A DNA stretch of 64,000 bases from Myxococcota bacterium (GTDB lineage: Bacteria > Myxococcota_A > UBA9160 > UBA4427). The notes beneath the pieces are model-generated. The model ran no database searches and was not told the origin of the DNA. It saw only the letters and a list, made by a program, of their open reading frames with translations. Made by a program: the position numbers and the translations under genes. The DNA lies in the NCBI GenBank assembly GCA_965250285.1, contig OZ252299.1, positions 4,448,001 through 4,512,000 of the forward strand. Direction: 5' to 3'. Each line of letters begins with the position of its first letter. Position 1 is the stretch's first letter. Below, piece by piece: positions 1-10,352 of the stretch.

Positions 1-1339
1 CGCCCGAGAGGTACCCCTTCTCGATCGCGACCTCGCGCAGCGTCTTCCCCTGCTTGTACGCCGTCTTCGCGACATCGGCGGCCTTGTCGTAGCCGATGTG
101 CGGGTTGAGCGCGGTGACCAGCATGAGCGATCGATGGAGGTTTTCGTCGATGCGCTCGCGGTGGGCCTCGATTCCGACCGCGCAGTGCTCGTCGAACGAG
201 ATCGCGGCGTCCGCCAGCAGATCGATCGACTGCAGCACCGCGTAGGCGATGACCGGCATGTACACGTTGAGTTCGAAGTTGCCCGACGCCCCCGCCATCG
301 TCACCGTCGTGCCGTTGCCGATGACGCGCGTTGCGACCATCGTGAGGGCCTCACACTGCGTCGGGTTGACCTTGCCCGGCATGATCGAAGAACCGGGCTC
401 GTTCTCGGGGATCAGGATCTCGCCAATGCCACAGCGCGGCCCGCTTGCGAGCCATCGTACGTCGTTCGCGATCTTGTGAAGCGCCGTCGCGACGGCGTTG
501 AGCACGCCGTGCAAGCCGACGAGGGCTTCCTTGCCCGCCATCTGCGCGAACTTGTTCTCAGCCGAGACGAAGGGCAGCCCGGTGCGCTTCGCGAGCGCCT
601 CGGCCATACCCGCGGCGTAGCCGGCCCGTGTATTCAGACCGGTCCCCACGGCAGTCCCGCCGATCGCGAGCGCGTAGACCTCTTCGAGTGACCGGTCGAG
701 CTGGCGCTCGCAGATGGCGATCTGCGCCGCGTAGCCCGAGAACTCCTGGCCGAGCGTGAGCGGTGTCGCATCCTGCAGATGGGTGCGGCCGATCTTGACG
801 ATCTCGCCGAAGGCTTCGGCTTTCTCTTCGAGCGTCTTACGAAGCTGCGCGAGCGCGGGGAGCAGCCGCTCTCTCACCTCTTCGGCGGCCGCGACGTGGA
901 TCGCGGTCGGGTAGGCGTCGTTCGTCGACTGAGCGTGGTTCACGTGATCGTTCGGATGCACCGGCGTCTTCGAGCCGAGCTCGCCGCCGAGCGACTCGAT
1001 GGCGCGGTTCGCGATCACCTCGTTGGTGTTCATGTTCGTCTGTGTGCCGCTGCCCGTCTGCCAGACCACGAGCGGAAAGTGCGCATCGAGAGATCCGTCG
1101 ATCACCTCCTGCGCCGCTGCCTCGATCGCCTGACCGATCTCGGCGGGGATCCCACCGAGCCGCGCATTCACCTCGGCAGCCGATTGTTTGACCAGGCCCA
1201 GCGCGCGGATGAGCGGCCGCGGCATGCGCTCGCTCCCGATCTTGAAGTTCTGCAGCGAGCGCTGCGTCTGCGCGCCCCAGTAGCGATCGGCCGGAACCTG
1301 CAGCTCGCCCATGCTGTCGCGTTCGATGCGGACGTCCAT
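1..1339 (-). CDS. fumC: Class II fumarate hydratase (3' end runs off the window)
   Basis: Manual minus-strand translation from ATG 1339: [28 protein letters not shown]...; contains [10 protein letters not shown] and the signature [11 protein letters not shown]. Absent from the ORF track because its stop lies outside the window. Confidence 0.96.
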   Translation of the reverse strand, partial: MDVRIERDSMGELQVPADRYWGAQTQRSLQNFKIGSERMPRPLIRALGLVKQSAAEVNARLGGIPAEIGQAIEAAAQEVIDGSLDAHFPLVVWQTGSGTQTNMNTNEVIANRAIESLGGELGSKTPVHPNDHVNHAQSTNDAYPTAIHVAAAEEVRERLLPALAQLRKTLEEKAEAFGEIVKIGRTHLQDATPLTLGQEFSGYAAQIAICERQLDRSLEEVYALAIGGTAVGTGLNTRAGYAAGMAEALAKRTGLPFVSAENKFAQMAGKEALVGLHGVLNAVATALHKIANDVRWLASGPRCGIGEILIPENEPGSSIMPGKVNPTQCEALTMVATRVIGNGTTVTMAGASGNFELNVYMPVIAYAVLQSIDLLADAAISFDEHCAVGIEAHRERIDENLHRSLMLVTALNPHIGYDKAADVAKTAYKQGKTLREVAIEKGYLSG

Positions 1340-1552
1340 ATGCGCTCACTCCTCTGCGGCAGCCAAGGTGAACGCGGGGCCGGCCGAGGAGTGCGACGAC
1401 GTCGACGGAACGACGCCCTACCCACGAGCGGCGCAGACATCTCGCCGTCGCCAGCTGTGAAGATGACCTTCAAGCTCGAACAACCTATCGAAGCGATCCG
1501 GGCGCAACAAGCCAGCCGATGACGACGCCCGCGTCGACCCCGAACGTCCGGC

Positions 1553-4500
1553 TCAGGGCGTTCCGCACTCGGCCCCCTCGTAGAGACCGATGTCGTCGAG
1601 GGTCACGTCGAGTTCGCTCTGCGCCATGTCGAACGTCAGGCGCGCACGCGGATCCGTCTCTTCGGCGGTGAACACGAAGTGGAACGAAGCGAACTCATCG
1701 GTGAGCTGTGCGGTGTACGCCCCTTCGCTGATCTGTCGGAACTCGGGCTTGTCGGTATCGACGTATGTGATGATCTCGCGCGGCCCTTCGGCCTTCGCGT
1801 CGAAGCAGATCGAGTAGGTCTGCCCCTCCAGGACCATCAATGAGTGGTTCAACGACGCGTGCCAGGCTTCGGGCGATGCGGCGCTGATCGCGACGTTCAT
1901 CTCTTCGTTTCGCACGCTGAACGTCGCAACGATGTCGACCGTATGCCAGTTCACCCCGAAGACGTTGCCGTCGAAGTGACCACCGGTGTTGAGCAAGTTG
2001 CCCTGATGCGGCGCGGGGCTCTGGGTCGAGTAGAACATCAGATCGTTCGAGATGCGACCGCCCGGATTCATCAGCTGAACGAAATGCAGGCCGCCGACGG
2101 GGAGCGCTTCATCCAGCTCGACGTCGATCAGCTCGTCGTCGCACGTGGGAAGACTGCCCGAAACGCATGCCACGTCACCCTCGACCCGGTGGCCGTCGAC
2201 GAAGACGAGCGCACCCGCCTCGACGTGACGCCCATGCATGCGCAGGCTGTTCTCGTCGGAGAGGAACGTGAGGGTGGCGTTCACCTGCTGGACATGGAGA
2301 GGAATGCCGGTGTCCTCCCAGATCCCCGGTTGCGGCGTGTCGGCTTCGACGTCTGCACCGATACGGCCGGTCAGCGTCACGACGACATCGCCCGCAACGA
2401 CCGCGGCGAGCAGGGCGGCGCGGGAGAACTCTCGACCTGCATCGCCGCGCACGCGGTACACGCCGTCATCCCAGTCGATGCCGAGGCCCTTCGGCTCACC
2501 GCCGACGATCTCGACTCCTTCGCCCTGTAGCTCGATCGCCTCTTCGCTCGCTGCGCCCTCGAGCACGTCGAGCAGCCTCGTCGTCTGGGCCGCACCCGCG
2601 CTCTCGGCTGTCAGCGTCACCTGTCTGCCAAATGCGCCGTGAAAGCCGGTGCTCGCCTGCAGCACCATTGCCCAGATGCCGTCCGTCGCTCCGATCGTCT
2701 GCCAGATGAACTGCTCGGGAAACCCGTCGTCGAGCACGCCGAGCAGGATCGCCAGATCGGCCGTGAAGGCCCGCCCCTGTGGCAGTACGAGGTAGCGGTC
2801 GTAGGCGCCTCGCCAGGTCGGGGCATCCATGCCGCTGCCGCGCGTGTTGGTGCTGACGAGGAATGGCTGCTTGTGGCATTCGCCGCAGGCCCCACCCCCG
2901 GTACCGCGCCCGCCAGCCGTGTTGCTCCGAATGAAGTTGAACTCGAAGATGCCGTCGCGTGCGATCGGTTCGAGCGCATTGTCGATCGGCCGCCGTTGCG
3001 CAGGCGGATAGGGGATGTTCAGCAGGAACTCCGAAAGGGCTTCGCGCTCGACCTGGTCGATCGCGCCGGCGAGCCCCTCGTCGTTGCTGGGACAAGCGTC
3101 TTGCAAGCACATCGTCGTTGCCATCCCCCCGTCGACGAGATGACGCGTGCAGCTGGCTTCGTCGCCGATGTCACAGTTCGGGTCGACATCACTGCGAATC
3201 GAAGCCGTATTGATGCCACCGTATGGATCACCGGGAATGCCGTCCCAGTGGTACGGCTGCGTATCGCGCAGGCCACGCGTCGGCATCGTCGAGCGAGGCG
3301 GGATCTGGGTGCAGCCGTCGATGTCGCAGACCGGCGTGTCGAGCACCCACAACAGCTGATCGGTGTGACCGTCGGGGTGGCAGCTCTCGCACGAGAAGGT
3401 CTCGGTGGTCGAAGCATTCGCATCGTGGAACACCTTGCGACCGGCCTTGACGATGGGCGTCGTCGGATCGTCGAGCTCGATGGTCGCCCGCACGACGAGC
3501 GCGCTCGGATCGCTGGCATCAATGACCTGCACCGTGTTGTCCACGACGTTCAGAACCCACGCCTCGGTCGCGACCCCGAGCGCTCCGGACCGGTAAACGA
3601 GCCCGCGCGGCACGGCCCCGACGCCGACGCGCGACAGCACCTCGCCGGTGTCGGCGTTCATGGCGAAGACACGATTCGAGCTCGCTGCGGTTGCGAGCAC
3701 GGTCGCGTCGTCGGGGCTGACGGCGATCGCGAACGGCGTGGCGAGCGCGTCGCCGGGGGCCGGATGTGCAGGCGGAAGTGGCTCGAGATCGTGCCGCGTA
3801 GGCGCCGCGCAGTCGCCGGTGCTGCAGTCGATCATCGTGATCTGATTGAGAAACGCGCGGTTCTCCATCTCATCGAGGCCGTGCTTTTCGGTGCCGGCCT
3901 TGCCGTTCACTGCGTTGCGAGCATCGGTCTGCGCCACGAATACTCGCCCGTTCGAGTCGACCGCGAGGCCGTAGAGCAAAGTGCCAATGCCCTGCACTTC
4001 TTCGACGCGCTCATCGGTCGTCGTATCGAAGACGAAGAGATCGCGGTCGGGGAGCGCCGGGTTGACGACGATATCCGCGTCGTAGCCGAGCGAGAGGATG
4101 TTGTTGTTGAGCACGACGTGAGTCAGGATGTCGAAGGTGCAGAGATCACCGTCGATGTTCTGCGGAAGACAGCCCGAGATTTGGGTCTGGTTGTGCGACT
4201 CGAAGGGCAGGACGTAGAGCCGGTCACCCGCGACGACGATCGCCCGCGGGTCCTGCGCATTGATCGGCAGGCGGCTGGTCACGGCGCGGGTCGCCACATC
4301 GACGACCGCGATCTCGTTGTCGGGACCGAGGGCGACGTACGCCTTGTCGTCGCTCGCGAAGGCGATGCCCGTGGGTTCGTCGAAGTCGGTCACCAGACCG
4401 GAGTCGTCGAAGGCCTGCACCGTGGCGACGACATGGTGCAGCGTCGGGCTGTCGGGATCGGTGTCGATCACGCTGACGCTGTCCGAGATGTGGTTCGCGA

Positions 4501-4819
4501 CCCAGAGCTCATGACCATCGGGTCGCACGGCGAGCGCCACCGGATCGACGCCCACGTGGATCCGGTGAACGACACGGCGTCGCTCCGCATCGATCACATC
4601 GACGGTGTCGGCCGGCGTGTTCGCCACGTAGATGTGCTCGCCCAGACTCGCGATCGGATGCACGTGGGGGCTCATGAACATCGGATGCCCGACCGCGGCA
4701 CCGGCCGGCGCCGCGACGCCGACGTTCGTCTCTGCCTCTTCGGCGGGCTGCTCGGGATCATTCGAACAGCCGGCGACCGAGACGAGGGCGAATAGAAGAA
4801 CCAAGAGCCTGAGGCGCAT
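1553..4819 (-). CDS. Lipoprotein: YVTN/YncE-type beta-propeller + two CXXCH heme motifs + C-terminal CBM4/9-like domain
   Basis: Lipobox ...LVSVAG-C; repeated YVANT/WVANH...VSVID blades; CESCH (3377-3391) and CGECH (2873-2887); C-terminal GNLL..G.F...GQTYSICFDAKA...LDDIGLYE resembles CBM4/9. Confidence 0.75.
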   Translation of the reverse strand: MRLRLLVLLFALVSVAGCSNDPEQPAEEAETNVGVAAPAGAAVGHPMFMSPHVHPIASLGEHIYVANTPADTVDVIDAERRRVVHRIHVGVDPVALAVRPDGHELWVANHISDSVSVIDTDPDSPTLHHVVATVQAFDDSGLVTDFDEPTGIAFASDDKAYVALGPDNEIAVVDVATRAVTSRLPINAQDPRAIVVAGDRLYVLPFESHNQTQISGCLPQNIDGDLCTFDILTHVVLNNNILSLGYDADIVVNPALPDRDLFVFDTTTDERVEEVQGIGTLLYGLAVDSNGRVFVAQTDARNAVNGKAGTEKHGLDEMENRAFLNQITMIDCSTGDCAAPTRHDLEPLPPAHPAPGDALATPFAIAVSPDDATVLATAASSNRVFAMNADTGEVLSRVGVGAVPRGLVYRSGALGVATEAWVLNVVDNTVQVIDASDPSALVVRATIELDDPTTPIVKAGRKVFHDANASTTETFSCESCHPDGHTDQLLWVLDTPVCDIDGCTQIPPRSTMPTRGLRDTQPYHWDGIPGDPYGGINTASIRSDVDPNCDIGDEASCTRHLVDGGMATTMCLQDACPSNDEGLAGAIDQVEREALSEFLLNIPYPPAQRRPIDNALEPIARDGIFEFNFIRSNTAGGRGTGGGACGECHKQPFLVSTNTRGSGMDAPTWRGAYDRYLVLPQGRAFTADLAILLGVLDDGFPEQFIWQTIGATDGIWAMVLQASTGFHGAFGRQVTLTAESAGAAQTTRLLDVLEGAASEEAIELQGEGVEIVGGEPKGLGIDWDDGVYRVRGDAGREFSRAALLAAVVAGDVVVTLTGRIGADVEADTPQPGIWEDTGIPLHVQQVNATLTFLSDENSLRMHGRHVEAGALVFVDGHRVEGDVACVSGSLPTCDDELIDVELDEALPVGGLHFVQLMNPGGRISNDLMFYSTQSPAPHQGNLLNTGGHFDGNVFGVNWHTVDIVATFSVRNEEMNVAISAASPEAWHASLNHSLMVLEGQTYSICFDAKAEGPREIITYVDTDKPEFRQISEGAYTAQLTDEFASFHFVFTAEETDPRARLTFDMAQSELDVTLDDIGLYEGAECGTP

Positions 4820-4980
4820 CCGTGTCTCCTCGGTGGCCCACCTGGGTGGACGGAGGCCATTCTGACACGGTGCGATTCATGATGGACCGACGGTTTCAAT
4901 CGACACGGCGCGGCAACCCCGGGGGACGTCGGGCTGGAGCGCGGGTCAGGCCGCGACCCGACGCGGGGGAAGCGGGCCCT

Positions 4981-6468
4981 CTACGCGCCGCGGTGCTCGC
5001 GCAGCATCTTGCGCGCCACGCGCTCGGCGATCATCACGCAGCCGAGATACGTGTTGCCGGAAGGAATCGTCGGCATGACCGATGCGTCGCAGACCCGCAG
5101 ACCCGCGATGCCCTGCACGCGACAGTCGGCGTCGAGCACCGTGCCCATCGGGCAGGTGCTCGTCATGTGGCCGTAGCTCAGGGGCATGCGCTCGAGCGCA
5201 ACGGCCACGGCGTCGTTCGCCATCAGGTCGTGCGCGACGACCGGGTGACAGCCCAGCTCGCGCGCCGCGCTCGAAGTCTCCCACTTGGCGATGCGATCGA
5301 AGGCGTGCCGCAGGCGTGCTTCTGCGTGGTCGGGGAGCGGGGGGGCCTCGACCTCCGGCCCCGCTTCGAGCGACTCGCCCAACTCGACCCGACCGCGGCC
5401 GCTCGATCTCAGCAGGAAGACGGCCATCGTAAAGAACGTCGGGTCATCCCCGGGCGCGGCAGCGATCGGGAACGCGTGGTAGTCGACGTCGCGACCGTTG
5501 GACGCCCCGATGAGGAGCGTCTGCGCGGGACCGGCCACGCCTCCTCGCTCGCCGTCGTGCTGATACAGGATGCCGGGCCCCAGGTGATCGCTCATCGTCT
5601 GGCCGACCGGCAGATCGGCCTGCACGGTGATTCCGTGCGCTGCGAGCTGGGCCGCCGGCCCGATGCCCGATCGCAGCAACAGAAACGGCGACCACAGTGC
5701 TCCGGCAGCGACGACGACCTCATCGGCTTCGATCTCCTCGCCCGAGACGAGCTCGACCCCCGAGGCTCGACCGGCGCTCGAGACGATCGAAGCGACCTCG
5801 CAGCCCGTCCGCACGCGCAGGTTGGGCCTCGCTCTCACCGCCGGTGTCAGATACGCGAGACTGGTGGTCACGCGTCGATCCTCGGCGTCGATCGTGACCG
5901 GGAAGACGCCCAGGCCAGGCAGCTGCGATGGATCGTTGATGTCGTCGGCCGTCGGCTCGCCGAGCTCGCGCATGCCGTCATAGAACGCACGCTGCGCATG
6001 GCTGAGCTCGTCGCGGCGCCACCTTCGGACGGGGAGCGGGCCCCGGTCGCCGTGGATCGGCGAGTTGCCGAAGTCGGCGTCGCGCTCGGCGGCGATGAAC
6101 GTACTCTCGACGTCGCTCCAGCCCCATCCCTCGAGGCCGGCCGCCGCCCAGCCGTCGTAGTCTTCGGGCAGGCCGCGCAGCGTCGCCAGTCCATTGAGGG
6201 CCGAGGTCCCACCGAGCAGCCGACCCTGGAGCATCGGGATCGGGGGCCCGGACGACCGGTGCATCGGCGTGACCACACTCGGCGTCGTCGCGCCCGACCA
6301 GGCCGTGGCCGCGCGCGCCGGCTCGAGCACGCCGACGTCGTAGGCGTCTTCGTCGGGGCCGGTCTCGAGCAGCGTGACGTCGAGCGTAGGGTCTTCGCTC
6401 AGCCGAGCGGCCAGGACGCAGCCCGCCGTGCCGCCGCCGACCACGATGATGTGTTTCTGCTCTGCCAT
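4981..6468 (-). CDS. GMC family oxidoreductase (choline dehydrogenase-like)
   Basis: IIVVGGGTAGCVLAARLSE FAD motif, GRLLGGTSALNG, C-terminal GLRVCDASVMPTIPSGNT. Confidence 0.92.
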   Translation of the reverse strand: MAEQKHIIVVGGGTAGCVLAARLSEDPTLDVTLLETGPDEDAYDVGVLEPARAATAWSGATTPSVVTPMHRSSGPPIPMLQGRLLGGTSALNGLATLRGLPEDYDGWAAAGLEGWGWSDVESTFIAAERDADFGNSPIHGDRGPLPVRRWRRDELSHAQRAFYDGMRELGEPTADDINDPSQLPGLGVFPVTIDAEDRRVTTSLAYLTPAVRARPNLRVRTGCEVASIVSSAGRASGVELVSGEEIEADEVVVAAGALWSPFLLLRSGIGPAAQLAAHGITVQADLPVGQTMSDHLGPGILYQHDGERGGVAGPAQTLLIGASNGRDVDYHAFPIAAAPGDDPTFFTMAVFLLRSSGRGRVELGESLEAGPEVEAPPLPDHAEARLRHAFDRIAKWETSSAARELGCHPVVAHDLMANDAVAVALERMPLSYGHMTSTCPMGTVLDADCRVQGIAGLRVCDASVMPTIPSGNTYLGCVMIAERVARKMLREHRGA

Positions 6469-6480
6469 CTTGCGACCCCC

Positions 6481-7569
6481 TCAGTCGAAGACCGCCACCG
6501 GACGGCCCAAGCGACCGACCAGGCGCTTCGCCTCTTTGTGAACCGGACGATCGGTCGTCGCCGCATCGAGGGCGTCGACGGCGGTCGCCGGCAGCCGCGC
6601 TGAGACGACGCGCCGAGCCTGCGCGTCGAGCCGCGCGAAGCGACGCCGTAGGGCATCGAGGCACTCAGCCCGGTAGGGCGCCGTAGGGACACGCCAATCG
6701 ACGCCCTGCGCGTGATGGTGCACGAACGTGTCGCCCGAATCGACCGCCGCTGCGTTCGCCACCAGATACGGGAGATAGCTGTCGCCGACCATCTGAAAGA
6801 AGAAATCGAGGTCGTCGGGCAGCTGTTGCAGCTCGGGCGCCGCCTCGACATCGCTGGCTCGAAGCGACCAGAGGCGCGTCACCCAATGCGTCAGGTGGGG
6901 GGCGTGCTTTCGCATGAGCGCCCCGGGCGTCGGGTCACAGAAGAAGTGCCGAAAGAAGGGACCGAACAGGCCGAAGTCGGCGGCGCAGGGCCGATCGCCA
7001 AAGAGGAAGGGGCGCTTCGCGAAGATGCGATCGAGCTCGCGCAGCGAGTCGAGGTAGAGCGTCTCGATCGCGGGGGCCGTCTCGGCCGTGACGCCGTCCC
7101 GATCGAGATACACCCGTCGCTGTCGGTAGAGGATGAACCGGCGGCGTAAAGCCAGCGGCAGGGGAACGTCGCGAAGCAGCGTGCGCGCGATCTGGTTGCT
7201 CATCAGGCGCGCGTCTTCATCGAATGCCCAGCGGTAGTAGAGCGCGGGACGCCAGAACCACTCATCGAAGAGATCTTCGAACAGCGCACTGCAGAACGCC
7301 GTCGCCGGGTTGGCGGGCGTCAGCCGAGGGCCCGGGTGCTCCGACTCGAAGCGCTCGAGGATCGCGGTGGTGTCGGTGAGCCACTCACCGGCGGGCGTCT
7401 GGACACACGGCAGCTGGACGATCCCCGTCGCGCGACCACATGCCCGAAACTGCCTGCGCGTCATCTCTTCGAACCGAAACGGGATGCCCTTGGCCTGAAG
7501 GTAGGCCTCGAGCTTGCCGGTGAAGTACGAGCAGCTCAGCCCGTACACGACGTGAAGGTCTTCGCTCAT
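6481..7569 (-). CDS. Glutathione S-transferase family protein
   Basis: YGLSCSYFTGKLEAYL N-terminal GST motif, LTDTTAI, FLFGDRPCAADFGLFG. Confidence 0.85.
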   Translation of the reverse strand: MSEDLHVVYGLSCSYFTGKLEAYLQAKGIPFRFEEMTRRQFRACGRATGIVQLPCVQTPAGEWLTDTTAILERFESEHPGPRLTPANPATAFCSALFEDLFDEWFWRPALYYRWAFDEDARLMSNQIARTLLRDVPLPLALRRRFILYRQRRVYLDRDGVTAETAPAIETLYLDSLRELDRIFAKRPFLFGDRPCAADFGLFGPFFRHFFCDPTPGALMRKHAPHLTHWVTRLWSLRASDVEAAPELQQLPDDLDFFFQMVGDSYLPYLVANAAAVDSGDTFVHHHAQGVDWRVPTAPYRAECLDALRRRFARLDAQARRVVSARLPATAVDALDAATTDRPVHKEAKRLVGRLGRPVAVFD

Positions 7570-8022
7570 CTAGCGCCCCTCCTGGCCACGGGTCTCGAAG
7601 AGCACGACCGGAATCTCTCGGATCCCGGCGGTTCGCTCTTCGTAGACGCGAAAGCCGGGATCCTGCTCGACGATCTCGTCCCAGACCCTCGCGCGCTCGT
7701 CGCCCTCGAGCGCGCGGGCGTGCACCGGGATCAGCCGATCGCGAATCTGAATCTCGACGTCGGGCTGCGCCATCAGGTTCAGGAACCAAACCGGGTGCTT
7801 CGGCTCACCGGCCCACGACGCTGCGACGGCCCACGAATCGCCTCGGTCGAGATAGATGAGCCCGTTGGTGCGCGGCTGGCCGCTGCGGCGTCCGCGGGTG
7901 TTCAGCAGCAACACCGGCGAATCGCCGAACCGTCCGAGTACGCGGCCGCGGCTCTTGCGGTAGATCCAGGGGTGCCAGCGAAAGAAGAGCTCCGAGAGCT
8001 TGTTTCGACGCGCAACGGGCAT
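7570..8022 (-). CDS. Deazaflavin (F420H2)-dependent nitroreductase/quinone reductase family (Ddn-like)
   Basis: LLLNTRGRRSGQPRT, AASWAGEPKHPVWFLNL, REIPVV motifs. Confidence 0.88.
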   Translation of the reverse strand: MPVARRNKLSELFFRWHPWIYRKSRGRVLGRFGDSPVLLLNTRGRRSGQPRTNGLIYLDRGDSWAVAASWAGEPKHPVWFLNLMAQPDVEIQIRDRLIPVHARALEGDERARVWDEIVEQDPGFRVYEERTAGIREIPVVLFETRGQEGR

Positions 8023-8076
8023 GGGGACGCCTCCTCGTGGGTGGGCCGGACGAATCGCGTCGGCCGGGTCGACCCT

Positions 8077-9093
8077 TCAGCGGCCCGAGACCGCGGGCAG
8101 GACCTGCTTGGCCAGCGCCTGCACCGACTCGGTGCGGACGACGGCATCCATGTCGCGCGAGCCCGGCACGATGCGGACGAAGTCGAGGCCCAGGTCGCGG
8201 ATCTCACCGAGCCGTTCGACGGCTTCGGCGACCGGACCGGCAATGCCGAATCGATGCACGAAGTCGTCATCGATCGCCTGCGCGTGCGCGCTGCCGGCGA
8301 CGCCGTGGTTCGCCATGTCGTAGTTCTGTCGAAGGTGCCGCGCCGATGCGCGCACGCCTTCGGGCAGCGACTCGATATCCATGCCCTTGAAGGCCGAGAA
8401 CGTCGCGAACGAAGCGACACCCCCTCGCACGGCCTCGCGCGCGGCCGCGCGGTCGTCGTGCACGACGCAGTTGACGTAGGCGCCGAGCTTCAGGCTGTCC
8501 GCGTCGCGACCATGCGCGGCAGCGCAGCTTCGGGCGTGCTCGATACACTGCGCGAGACGACCCGGATCGGCGCCCACGGCGAAGCAGATCTGATCGGCGC
8601 TGCGCGCGGCGAGCTCGATCACCTTGGGACCCGTCGCCGCCACCTCGATCGGGACGGGGGCCACCTCACACTCATCGAGCCACTCGATGCGGCTCGGGCT
8701 GCCTTCGCGCTCGATCGTCTCGCCCGACATGTAGGCGTGGAGGCGCTGGATGTAGCGCTCGAAGTCGGCGGGCGGTGCGGGCCGCTTGCCGATCTTCGCC
8801 ATCGACGAGTCGCCGCGGCCGATGCCGACGACCGCGCGCCCCTCGCTGGCGACCTGCAGACCCAGCGCGGCCGACGCGGTGACGGCAGCGTCGCGGCTCA
8901 CCGGGTTGGTGACGCCGGTGCCGAGCTCGATGCGCTCGGTGGCGGCGGCCGCCAGGATCAGCTGGCTCCAAACCTCGGGGGTCAGGCACTGGGTGTCGGC
9001 GAAGACGAGGCTGTCGAAGCCGAGCTCCTCGATCAGGCGCGCGACGGCGGCCGAGCCGCGGGGGCTGGGAAACATCAAGATGCCCATTTTCAT
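8077..9093 (-). CDS. LLM-class flavin/F420-dependent oxidoreductase (Mer-like)
   Basis: EELGFDSLVFAD, TERIELGTGVTNP, GIGRGDS, AATGPK motifs. Confidence 0.9.
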   Translation of the reverse strand: MKMGILMFPSPRGSAAVARLIEELGFDSLVFADTQCLTPEVWSQLILAAAATERIELGTGVTNPVSRDAAVTASAALGLQVASEGRAVVGIGRGDSSMAKIGKRPAPPADFERYIQRLHAYMSGETIEREGSPSRIEWLDECEVAPVPIEVAATGPKVIELAARSADQICFAVGADPGRLAQCIEHARSCAAAHGRDADSLKLGAYVNCVVHDDRAAAREAVRGGVASFATFSAFKGMDIESLPEGVRASARHLRQNYDMANHGVAGSAHAQAIDDDFVHRFGIAGPVAEAVERLGEIRDLGLDFVRIVPGSRDMDAVVRTESVQALAKQVLPAVSGR

Positions 9094-9256
9094 GCTGGAT
9101 CCCTCCGGGTCTATGGCTCGGAGGAGAGGCGCGTCCGGTGCGCCTGGCCGAGCCGTTGAACGCCAGCAGGGTCTCGTAGCGACCCGGTTCGGGGCTACGT
9201 ATCTTGGGCCAACGACTAGTCATTTTGAGCCAGATCGACCCGAACGGATCCGCGCC

Positions 9257-10279
9257 ATGCCGAGCCCCTCGTTGGCGACCCAGCGCATGACCCCGACGTA
9301 CTTTCGCCTGCTACTGCGAAACCTCGGGTTGCCCCGCGGCCAGATCGAGAAGGCCCTCGCGAGCGTCGAGCTGAGTCCGTCGGTCGTGGCCGATCTCGAT
9401 CGCCCCGTCACGGTGAGTCAGCAGCTCGAGCTCTTCGCGCACCTCGTGCGGCAGCGGCCGGCGGACGGATGGCTGCGCGCCGGTCGGCGTTTTCACGTCG
9501 GCACGCACGGCTCTCTCGGCGTCGCCTTCATGAGCGCGCCCGACGTGAAGACGAGCCTCGAGATCCTCGAGCGCTTCGGACCCGTTCGCCTGCCCTATGC
9601 GCGGCCGCGCACCGCCAGCCTGCGCGGGGGTCGCTACGCGCTCGGGTTCGACGTCACGCCGAAGGTCGATCCGCGCGCGCGGGTCGCCATGATGGAAGTG
9701 ATCGCCGTCGTTCGGAAGCATCTACTCGACGCGGTGACGGGCGAACCGATCTCGGGCGTCACGTTCGAGTTCGACTACCCCGCGCCCCGACACGCATCGC
9801 TGTACGAAGATGAGCTCGGCGTGCCCGTGCGCTTCGACCGCCCGAGAACGGCGATGATCGTCCCCGAGTCGCTGCTTCGCCGGCCCTGCACGACGGCCGA
9901 TGCCGAGATGTTCCGGGCGGCCGTCGAGCGGCTCGAGCGTCGAGCACGCCAGCTCGAGGGCAGCCGACCGCTCGCGGCGCACGTCGAAGAGCTGCTCGAT
10001 TCGGCCGGCGATGCGGGTCTGCCCGTCGACGAAGCCGCACGAGCGCTCGGCATGTCGCGCCGCTCGCTCGCGCGCCACCTGACCGAAGCCGGCACGTCGT
10101 ACCGAGCTTTGCACGACCGACACAGAAGAACCCGTGCCGAGGCGCTGTTGCGCGACTCGAGCCTCGACGTGAACGAGATCGCCTGGCGCCTTGGCTACGG
10201 CAACGCCGCGAACTTCGGTCGCGCGACACGCCGGTGGTTCGGGATGCCGCCCGGGAAGTACCGCCAGTCGATCGAATGA
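9257..10279 (+). CDS. AraC family transcriptional regulator (divergent from the LLM operon)
   Basis: HGSLGVAFMSAP N-domain; C-terminal ARALGMSRRSLARHL and IAWRLGYGNAANFGRATRRWFG HTHs. Start set at in-frame ATG 9257. Confidence 0.9.
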   Translation: MPSPSLATQRMTPTYFRLLLRNLGLPRGQIEKALASVELSPSVVADLDRPVTVSQQLELFAHLVRQRPADGWLRAGRRFHVGTHGSLGVAFMSAPDVKTSLEILERFGPVRLPYARPRTASLRGGRYALGFDVTPKVDPRARVAMMEVIAVVRKHLLDAVTGEPISGVTFEFDYPAPRHASLYEDELGVPVRFDRPRTAMIVPESLLRRPCTTADAEMFRAAVERLERRARQLEGSRPLAAHVEELLDSAGDAGLPVDEAARALGMSRRSLARHLTEAGTSYRALHDRHRRTRAEALLRDSSLDVNEIAWRLGYGNAANFGRATRRWFGMPPGKYRQSIE

Positions 10280-10352
10280 GACTCAATCGGCACACTCATG
10301 TGTCGGTGACGACAGTACGCCGCCGGCAAGGACGCTCTGGCATACTGAATCG

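Noticed and set aside
98..1522. Plus-strand ORFs of 197 and 247 aa
   Set aside because: Antisense shadows of fumC, whose motifs are clear on the minus strand.
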